A DNA stretch of 64,000 bases from a virus, in the IMG/VR virus record IMGVR_UViG_3300042287_000907, one strand, 5' to 3'. The stretch's first letter is position 1. Each line of letters opens with the position of its first letter. The position numbers and the translations under genes were made by a program. Under the pieces are notes generated by a model. It saw only the letters and a program-made list of their open reading frames with translations. It made no database searches and was not told the origin of the DNA. This document shows, piece by piece, positions 38,815-44,641 of the stretch.

Positions 38815-38876
38815 ACATAAAATACACAGCTACTTCAAAGGACCCCAGGAATAAACACCCTGGGGTTTTTGTTTTT
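38790..38876 (+). terminator. Attenuator: antiterminator 38790-38846 overlapping terminator 38841-38876
   Basis: GGGGTCC (38790-96) pairs with GGACCCC (38840-46); alternatively GACCCCAGG pairs with CCTGGGGTT, followed by TTTGTTTTT. Confidence 0.8.
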
Positions 38877-38888
38877 ATAAAGGAAAAA

Positions 38889-39068
38889 ATGGAACAGATA
38901 GATTACAAAAAATTAAATGAACGAGTCGTTGAACAGGCTTATGAAGCTGCTTTTAATCGAAATGAACTTTCGAAAGAACAACTTCAAAAACTTATTCAAG
39001 ATAAGTTTGAACGTGCTAGAACATATCACGAATCGTTGGCAAAATTGTCGACGTTTAATGTAAACTAA
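38889..39068 (+). CDS. Small helical hypothetical protein (59 aa)
   Basis: AAGGA SD; MEQIDYKKLNERVVEQAYEAAFNRNELSKEQLQKLIQDKFERARTYHESLAKLSTFNVN*. Confidence 0.7.
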   Translation: MEQIDYKKLNERVVEQAYEAAFNRNELSKEQLQKLIQDKFERARTYHESLAKLSTFNVN

Positions 39069-39084
39069 TAGCACAAAGTGTGAA

Positions 39085-39296
39085 TATCAGGAAACGAGGT
39101 CCTGGCTCCGCACTATAAACACGGAGCGAACGGGCGGCCTGTAGGATGAAACTCTTCTTCTAGAGCGAAAAATTACAGCGTATTAAAGAGCATAGACCTG
39201 ACCTGGACTGAGATGTCGCAGACTGTGTTCTTTAATACACACTCTCCTACTCCACTTTACAAGGAGGACAGATTGACATAGTCGATGGAGAGTGTT
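39085..39296 (+). ncRNA. Structured non-coding leader of the tRNA array
   Basis: Hairpins CAGG/CCTG, GCTCCG/CGGAGC, CTGTA/TACAG, GTATTAAAGAGCA/TGTTCTTTAATAC, ACACTCTCC/GGAGAGTGT. Confidence 0.55.
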
Positions 39297-39304
39297 ACAA
39301 ATTT

Positions 39305-39393
39305 GGAGCTTGATCCCTACGGCGGACTGTAAATCCGTTGCCTTAATATGTAGGGTGGCTGGCAGTTAGGTTCGATTCCTTCAGGCTCCACCA
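39305..39393 (+). tRNA. tRNA-Tyr(GTA), atypical (9-bp acceptor, 3-bp T stem, no D arm)
   Basis: Anticodon arm GCGGA-CTGTAAA-TCCGT; ends ACCA. Confidence 0.7.
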
Positions 39394-39399
39394 AGTTTT

Positions 39400-39475
39400 G
39401 CCTCGTTCATATAACGGTCTATTATATCCGCCTGTCTAGCGGAATACAGGGGTTCGACTCCCCTACGAGGCGCCA
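39400..39475 (+). tRNA. tRNA-Asp(GTC)
   Basis: Cloverleaf, loop CTGTCTA, ends GCCA. Confidence 0.9.
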
Positions 39476-39481
39476 GTTTAT

Positions 39482-39557
39482 TCCCCAGTAGCACAGCGGT
39501 AGTTGCACTTGACTGTTAATCAAGGTGTCCGTGGTTCGATCCCACGCTGGGGAGCCA
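39482..39557 (+). tRNA. tRNA-Asn(GTT)
   Basis: Cloverleaf, loop CTGTTAA. Confidence 0.95.
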
Positions 39558-39565
39558 AGTTTTAT

Positions 39566-39640
39566 GGACCGTTCGTCTATCGGTTAGGACACTAGGTTTT
39601 CATCCTGGTAAGAGGGGTTCGACTCCCCTACGGTCTTCCA
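39566..39640 (+). tRNA. tRNA-Glu(TTC)
   Basis: Cloverleaf, loop TTTTCAT. Confidence 0.9.
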
Positions 39641-39646
39641 TATAAT

Positions 39647-39720
39647 GCGGGATTAGTTTAATGGTCAAACGAAACCTTGCCAAGGTTTAGTCAGGAGTTC
39701 GATTCTCCTATCCCGCTCCA
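39647..39720 (+). tRNA. tRNA-Gly(GCC)
   Basis: Cloverleaf, loop TTGCCAA, ends TCCA. Confidence 0.93.
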
Positions 39721-39726
39721 AGTTAT

Positions 39727-39801
39727 ATGCCCTTAGTGTTAACGGCAGCACAACGGTCTCCAAAACCGCTAGTGGGGGTTCGAATCCCTCAGGGTATGCC
39801 A
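39727..39801 (+). tRNA. tRNA-Trp(CCA)
   Basis: Cloverleaf, loop CTCCAAA. Confidence 0.9.
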
Positions 39802-39877
39802 ATTAGTATTATAAGTAATATGCTCGGCCCGGTAATTGCTATATTATGCTATCGAGCAATAATTTAGAGGATATTGC

Positions 39878-40462
39878 ATGAACGACATCATTATACTAGA
39901 CAATTTCTTACCTAAGTCATATGAAGATGAAATTGAAAAACATTTTTCTTCATTGGAGTTTCCCTGGTATTATAATCCGGGTGTTTCTTATTCACAAGAA
40001 GAGAACGCTAAATTTATTGCTAACGATAGCAATATAAAAGAAACCGACGGCTTCGTACATAGATTGATCATAGAAAATGCAAAGGTAAGTGGGTATGGCG
40101 ATCTAGTTAGGCCTATAATGTATTTTGTAGAAGACAAATTTAAAGTAAAGGTTAATTATATCATCAGAGCAAGAGCCGTAATGATTTATAAAAATTCAGT
40201 GTTTGGAGAATTTTATAATGTTCCTCATGTTGACGATATGAACAGGCATATGACATTAATTTACTATGTCAACGACAGCGATGGAGACACTGTTATCTTC
40301 AAAGAGAAATATGTAAATGATATTAGTTACAGTAAAAAGACTGTGGAACGTAGAGTTGAACCTAGAAAAGGTAGAGCTGTTTTGTTTGACGGGCACCGTT
40401 ATCATACAGGATCTGTGCCAAAATACAATAACAGAATGTTAATTAATTTCAATTTCAATTAA
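39878..40462 (+). CDS. 2OG-Fe(II) oxygenase-like protein
   Basis: PHVD, YYVNDSDGDT, H.GS.P...R..INFN. Confidence 0.8.
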   Translation: MNDIIILDNFLPKSYEDEIEKHFSSLEFPWYYNPGVSYSQEENAKFIANDSNIKETDGFVHRLIIENAKVSGYGDLVRPIMYFVEDKFKVKVNYIIRARAVMIYKNSVFGEFYNVPHVDDMNRHMTLIYYVNDSDGDTVIFKEKYVNDISYSKKTVERRVEPRKGRAVLFDGHRYHTGSVPKYNNRMLINFNFN

Positions 40463-40463
40463 T

Positions 40464-40541
40464 AGTGCGGTGGCAGAGAGGCCCAATGCAAGAGTCTGCA
40501 AAACTCTAAAGCCGTGGGTTCAAATCCCACCCGCACTTCCA
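40464..40541 (+). tRNA. tRNA-Cys(GCA) copy 1
   Basis: Loop CTGCAAA, U73. Confidence 0.9.
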
Positions 40542-40546
40542 ACAAT

Positions 40547-40638
40547 GCCAGCGAGACTTGGTAGTCAGAGAGGTTTTATAAACCTTTTAGCGCCAGATTA
40601 GCGTTCTTGAGAGGGTTCGATTCCCTCCGCTGGTACCA
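40547..40638 (+). tRNA. tRNA with TAT anticodon (nominally Ile) and long variable arm
   Basis: GCCAGCG/CGCTGGT acceptor, loop TTTATAA, T arm GAGGG-TTCGATT-CCCTC. Confidence 0.75.
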
Positions 40639-40642
40639 TTAT

Positions 40643-40720
40643 GTGTCGGTGGCAGAGAGGCCCATTGCAACGGATTGCAAATCCGTAAAACCGTCAGTTC
40701 AAATCTGACCCGACACTCCA
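40643..40720 (+). tRNA. tRNA-Cys(GCA) copy 2
   Basis: Loop TTGCAAA, U73. Confidence 0.9.
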
Positions 40721-40731
40721 GTAGAGTAAAT

Positions 40732-41325
40732 ATGTCTATGCTACCTGTTTATGAAAAATATGCGTTATTGTCTAATAATGAAAAATTATTTTTATTCAAT
40801 TTCGTATCTGGATTAAAATCAAATTCAATAATTTTAGAAGTAGGAACTTTTCTCGGTGGAAGTGCTGCTATAATGGCATCTTCTAATCCACAAGTAATCG
40901 TTCATACTATAGATGATTATAATGACAGACACGACAGGCATAAGCAATCAGTAAGTCTTATGTTGCTAGAGTCTCTAGGTGAGAACCCTAGAACTAAAGA
41001 AAATGTAGAATTGTTATTAAAAGATTACAAAAATATATTTTTCCATAAAGGTAAAAGCCCTGATAATTTTAAAAATTGGGGAACACCGATTGATGTCTAT
41101 TTCGAAGATGGTCTTCATAGAAATCCTACGTTAGAAAATAATGTAAATTACTGGACAAAATTCTTATCAAAAAATGGTTACGTGATATTTCATGATCATC
41201 GACCGTTTCTTGAAACAGATCATCCTAGTAGATTTGAAGACGTAATTGATATCGTTCAAAGATTATCTAGTAATTTTGAGATAATCTCACAAGAAGAATC
41301 TTTGATTATTTTACAACAAAAATAA
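40732..41325 (+). CDS. Class I SAM methyltransferase (Methyltransf_24-like)
   Basis: ILEVGTFLGGS, IDVYFEDG.H, G.VIFHD. Confidence 0.8.
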   Translation: MSMLPVYEKYALLSNNEKLFLFNFVSGLKSNSIILEVGTFLGGSAAIMASSNPQVIVHTIDDYNDRHDRHKQSVSLMLLESLGENPRTKENVELLLKDYKNIFFHKGKSPDNFKNWGTPIDVYFEDGLHRNPTLENNVNYWTKFLSKNGYVIFHDHRPFLETDHPSRFEDVIDIVQRLSSNFEIISQEESLIILQQK

Positions 41326-41332
41326 AATTTAT

Positions 41333-41410
41333 GCCCCTCTAGCCCAATTGGTATGAGGCGTTTCTCTCAAAAGGAAAATCGTCCCGGTTCGAGTCCGGGG
41401 AGGAGTACCA
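41333..41410 (+). tRNA. tRNA-Leu(CAA) with short variable loop
   Basis: Loop CTCAAAA; about 5-nt variable region. Confidence 0.8.
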
Positions 41411-41415
41411 AGTTT

Positions 41416-41506
41416 GGATGTAATAGTTGGTACGAGTGGGCATAAATTGCTTGCCCATGACATGTTTCGAGCATGAAGGTTGGTTCGATTCCAACAGCAT
41501 CCATCA
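41416..41506 (+). pseudogene. tRNA-like element / degenerate tRNA
   Basis: GGATG/CATCC acceptor, intact T arm, variable arm, 9-nt anticodon-position loop, ends ATCA. Confidence 0.55.
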
Positions 41507-41512
41507 AGTTAT

Positions 41513-41602
41513 GGAAGTGTGGCTGAGTCTGGCTTAAGGCAGCAGTCTTGAAAACTGAAGTTCCGCAAGGGGCCGTGGGTTCGAATCCTACCACTTCCGC
41601 CA
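41513..41602 (+). tRNA. tRNA-Ser(TGA)
   Basis: Loop CTTGAAA, long variable arm, ends GCCA. Confidence 0.93.
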
Positions 41603-41608
41603 ATGTAT

Positions 41609-41682
41609 TCCCGGATAGTTAAATGGTATAACAGTCGGCTGATAACCGGCCATTACAAGTTCGATTCTTGTTCTGGGAACCA
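41609..41682 (+). tRNA. tRNA-Ile(GAT)
   Basis: Loop CTGATAA. Confidence 0.9.
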
Positions 41683-41733
41683 ATTTTTAAAAAGGAGATC
41701 TGTCATGACAAGTGACAAGAGTGATAAGATGTC

Positions 41734-41808
41734 GGGGGTATAACTTAACGGCTAAAGTAGTAGGCTTTTAACCTATTAATCAGAGTTCGATTCTCTGTGC
41801 CCCTACCA
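41734..41808 (+). tRNA. tRNA-Lys(TTT)
   Basis: Loop CTTTTAA. Confidence 0.92.
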
Positions 41809-41875
41809 TATAAAAACACATTTTTCTGAACGCCAGTCAGTTGCCGTGCAGAGTAAGATTAGTGTGTTTCTATAT

Positions 41876-41950
41876 GGTAATGTAGCATAATGGTAGTGCA
41901 GCACCTTCATACGGTGTACAGTGAAAGTTCGACTCTTTCCATTACCACCA
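41876..41950 (+). tRNA. tRNA-Met(CAT), elongator or Ile2 type
   Basis: Loop TTCATAC, paired G1:C72. Confidence 0.85.
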
Positions 41951-41955
41951 ATTAT

Positions 41956-42031
41956 CTCTCTAAAGTGTTATCTGGTTGCATCCGCGGTTTGGGGCCGTGT
42001 GGTCTAGGTTCGAATCCTAGTAGGGAGACCA
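41956..42031 (+). tRNA. tRNA-Pro(TGG)
   Basis: Loop TTTGGGG, C1:G72. Confidence 0.9.
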
Positions 42032-42034
42032 AGT

Positions 42035-42247
42035 TTTGTAAGTGTCAGCAAGTGAAGTCACGCTGTTCAGTATTCTTCGAAGGTACTGTGCAGTAGAAGG
42101 CAAGCGGGTTCGATGCCTGGCCTATCTGTAATGGATAGGCGATAGATGGAATCCACGCTGGATGAATCCCAAGTGACGTACCGACTCCCGTCCGGACTTG
42201 TATAATCGGGTGAATGGTGCTGATAACGTGGTAGCACTACTTACAAA
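42035..42247 (+). ncRNA. Unknown structured RNA of about 210 nt between tRNA-Pro and tRNA-Gln
   Basis: Closed by TTTGTAAGT/ACTTACAAA; multiple internal helices. Confidence 0.6.
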
Positions 42248-42257
42248 TTCAATCTGT

Positions 42258-42331
42258 TGGGGGTTAGTGTAGCGGTAACACTACAGACTTTGACTCTGTC
42301 ATCACTGGTTCGATCCCAGTACCCTCTGCCA
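42258..42331 (+). tRNA. tRNA-Gln(TTG)
   Basis: Loop CTTTGAC, weak 1:72 pair, ends GCCA. Confidence 0.92.
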
Positions 42332-42335
42332 CAGA

Positions 42336-42420
42336 GTTCCGATCATCGCGGTAAGTGTAGCCGGCCGCCTATAAGGTCATCGATGATCGTGCCGTCGCGG
42401 GTAAGCGGCATCTCGGGAAC
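42336..42420 (+). ncRNA. Unknown GC-rich structured RNA of about 85 nt
   Basis: GTTCC/GGAAC closing stem, GATCATCG/CGATGATC, TGCCG/CGGCA. Confidence 0.55.
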
Positions 42421-42422
42421 AT

Positions 42423-42497
42423 CGGTCCGTAGCTCAGTGGAAGAGTTCTGGTCTTCGAAACCAGCTGTCGGGAGTTCGAATCTCTCCGGACCGGCCA
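42423..42497 (+). tRNA. tRNA-Arg(TCG)
   Basis: Loop CTTCGAA. Confidence 0.9.
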
Positions 42498-42510
42498 TTA
42501 CAAGGAGATT

Positions 42511-42717
42511 ATGATGAAACCTATGACTTTTAAAAATCGTATGAATAATGAACGTTTTGTCTGTGATGACGTCCGTGCTGTGGAAGTTATAGACGGAGAA
42601 GAATATCTCATAGTTCATCGACCCAATGAACATCGTGTTTTTAAGATGCGAAAAGATGCTTTGGAAAAAGATACCACTGTAGTGAAAGGGATATCACGAA
42701 ACTTTGCGAAAGTTTAA
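42511..42717 (+). CDS. Hypothetical protein whose 3' end overlaps tRNA-Arg(GCG)
   Basis: AAGGAG SD; 68 aa. Confidence 0.65.
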   Translation: MMKPMTFKNRMNNERFVCDDVRAVEVIDGEEYLIVHRPNEHRVFKMRKDALEKDTTVVKGISRNFAKV

Positions 42718-42747
42718 GTTCACGTTCGACTCGTGGCAGTGGTACCA
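42673..42747 (+). tRNA. tRNA-Arg(GCG)
   Basis: ACCACTG/CAGTGGT acceptor, AAACT-TTGCGAA-AGTTT, ends ACCA. Confidence 0.85.
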
Positions 42748-42753
42748 AACAAT

Positions 42754-42828
42754 GGAGTCTGTGATGTAATGGTAGCATCCGAGATTGTGATTCTCGTCGC
42801 GTGGGTTCGATTCCCATCATTCTCCCCA
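42754..42828 (+). tRNA. tRNA-His(GTG)
   Basis: G-1:C73, loop TTGTGAT; two acceptor-stem mismatches. Confidence 0.85.
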
Positions 42829-42833
42829 AAAAT

Positions 42834-42909
42834 GCTGCTTTAGCTGATGTGGTCATAGCGGCGGTCTGAAGAACCGTTGAACCAGGTTCGATTCCTGGAG
42901 GCAGCACCA
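42834..42909 (+). tRNA. tRNA-Phe(GAA)
   Basis: Loop CTGAAGA. Confidence 0.92.
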
Positions 42910-42997
42910 TATAACACTCTAGTGAAAGAACGAGCGTAGCTCTTAGGGCCTAGCCTGCGGCATTGCGGATTGCGGTGGCTAGTGTGTTTTTATATAT

Positions 42998-43081
42998 GCG
43001 AGTGTGGAGAAATGGTATACTCAGGAGACTTAAAATCTCCCGTCTTAGGGCATGAGGGTTCGAGTCCCTCCACTCGCACCA
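42998..43081 (+). tRNA. tRNA-Leu(TAA)
   Basis: Loop CTTAAAA, variable arm. Confidence 0.93.
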
Positions 43082-43106
43082 GAAATTTAGCATTGCTGTG
43101 TTAATA

Positions 43107-43742
43107 TTAATCAAAAATTCTAGCAGCTTCTTCAAAGCTACTAATTTGATTTATTGGAAATCTTAGACTAAGGCTTAATCTCGAATAATATCCTCGATTA
43201 TAATACACATTGTGAGGAATGTCTGTCCGAACCAATAAAGGGTGTGTAGCAGTTAGTTCACATTGATCAATACAGATTACATCTTCGGTGCAGTAGTTTT
43301 TATATGTAATACCACTACCATACAAGTAATCGAACATTGAAGATTTATATGGATTCGGTTGTAAAATCGGAAAGACTTCACAATTTTTTTTGAACGTCCA
43401 CCACTTGAATGCAGATTCTGAATCTGTTAATTCAAAATTAATTGCAAACGGAGTTTTTATCCATTTATTATTTTCTAAAAAAACATCAGTATGTATATGA
43501 GGATCTTCTTTGTGTTTGCTTGGATCACCTACGTGTCCAAAAATTATCATAACATTAGGAAATACGTTTTTTGATCTAAAAAAATGTTTCGCTTCGTTTG
43601 ACAGAAAATATCCTGTTTTTAAAGATGTATACAAATATTGTCTTGAGTTTGGATGTTTGTTAGATTTAGATTGAATGAGCTCGTCGAGAACATTTTCCAT
43701 TAATGGATTGAATGAAATAGATAGTTGTTTAAAACACTGCAT
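43107..43742 (-). CDS. Hypothetical protein, 2OG-Fe(II)/cupin-like
   Basis: HIHTD, FAINF, PHNV, R.SLSLRF. Confidence 0.6.
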   Translation of the reverse strand: MQCFKQLSISFNPLMENVLDELIQSKSNKHPNSRQYLYTSLKTGYFLSNEAKHFFRSKNVFPNVMIIFGHVGDPSKHKEDPHIHTDVFLENNKWIKTPFAINFELTDSESAFKWWTFKKNCEVFPILQPNPYKSSMFDYLYGSGITYKNYCTEDVICIDQCELTATHPLLVRTDIPHNVYYNRGYYSRLSLSLRFPINQISSFEEAARIFD

Positions 43743-43764
43743 CTGATATTTATTTCTAAAACTC

Positions 43765-43793
43765 TTGACAAGAGACTAAAATTGTCGTATAAT
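43765..43793 (+). promoter_or_regulatory. Internal sigma70-type promoter in the tRNA array
   Basis: TTGACA-17-TATAAT. Confidence 0.9.
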
Positions 43794-43807
43794 AGTTGTT
43801 GTAGTTA

Positions 43808-43891
43808 GCCCCGGTGGTGGAATGGTAGACACGTCGGTCTTAGAAGCCGATGTCGCAAGGCGTGAGAGTTCGAGTCTCTCCTGGGGCACCA
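43808..43891 (+). tRNA. tRNA-Leu(TAG)
   Basis: Loop CTTAGAA, variable arm. Confidence 0.93.
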
Positions 43892-44055
43892 TTAAGAAAT
43901 AGCATTAGCGGGTATCGTCTATGGACGCATAGACTTATGAAGAATAGGGCCATCTTACTCTTCTGAAATAACCGTGGACAATGGCTGATGAGGAGAATCG
44001 AACTCCACTCAGAAATCCGTCTCATCCCATAGGGTGTAATGTTATTTTTTAATGG
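43889..44055 (+). ncRNA. Unknown structured RNA of about 165 nt
   Basis: 19-bp closing stem CCATTAAGAAATAGCATTA/TAATGTTATTTTTTAATGG; internal hairpins. Confidence 0.6.
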
Positions 44056-44059
44056 TTAT

Positions 44060-44133
44060 GCCTCGTTAATTTAATGGTAGAATGCCCTCCTTACAAGTGG
44101 GATACGGCAGTTCGATTCTGTCACGAGGTACCA
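44060..44133 (+). tRNA. tRNA-Val(TAC)
   Basis: Loop CTTACAA. Confidence 0.9.
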
Positions 44134-44140
44134 GTAATAC

Positions 44141-44226
44141 GGAAGACTCCCATAATGGTATTGGAGCGGCTTGCTAAGCCGTCGATCGGCAACGGTTTCG
44201 GGGTTCGAGTCCCCGGTCTTCCGCCA
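44141..44226 (+). tRNA. tRNA-Ser(GCT)
   Basis: Loop TTGCTAA, variable arm. Confidence 0.9.
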
Positions 44227-44245
44227 AATTTTAAAAAGGAAATAT

Positions 44246-44425
44246 ATGAAACCTACTAAGAACTACAAGATGTCAAAGCCACTCAAGGCCAGCCTTGCAC
44301 TGTCAACATTCCAAGATCCACATCAAAAGGGGCAGTGGAAACGTGCTATGATTGACGCTGAACTATGTGCGGCCATCCAACCTAAACGTGAAAAAGGTCG
44401 CAAGCCCGACGCAGTCAAGCAATAA
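44246..44425 (+). CDS. Small basic hypothetical protein (59 aa)
   Basis: AAGGA SD; MKPTKNYKMSK... Confidence 0.65.
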   Translation: MKPTKNYKMSKPLKASLALSTFQDPHQKGQWKRAMIDAELCAAIQPKREKGRKPDAVKQ

Positions 44426-44431
44426 AATTCT

Positions 44432-44505
44432 GGGGGATTAGTTAAATGGGATAACATCGGCTTTGCAAGCCGAGATTGAGAGTTCGATTCTCTCATCCTC
44501 CACCA
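44432..44505 (+). tRNA. tRNA-Ala(TGC)
   Basis: G3:U70, loop TTTGCAA. Confidence 0.93.
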
Positions 44506-44522
44506 GAGATATATAGTATTAG

Positions 44523-44596
44523 GCCCTTTTAGTATAATGGTATTACACCTGTTTTGTAATCAGGTTACGGCAGTTCGATTCTGTCAAGGGGCACCA
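44523..44596 (+). tRNA. tRNA-Thr(TGT)
   Basis: Loop TTTGTAA. Confidence 0.9.
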
Positions 44597-44612
44597 ATTT
44601 TACCAAAAAGTA

Positions 44613-44641
44613 TTGACAAACACAGTAAAGAATGTTATACT
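44613..44641 (+). promoter_or_regulatory. Sigma70-type promoter
   Basis: TTGACA-17-TATACT. Confidence 0.85.

Noticed and set aside
39139-39178. GATGA..CTCT/AGAG..CGAAA hammerhead-like segment
   Set aside because: It lacks the CUGA core (reads AGGATGA) and has no third stem
42035-42247. RNase P RNA or group I intron identity for the 210-nt RNA
   Set aside because: No GAGGAAAGUCC/P4 signature or recognisable P7 core, and the flanking tRNAs are uninterrupted
43985-44015. CTGATGAG...GAAA resembling a hammerhead ribozyme core
   Set aside because: The base before GAAA does not close stem II, I could not build stems I/III with a cleavage triplet, and GATGAG pairs better with CTCATC downstream
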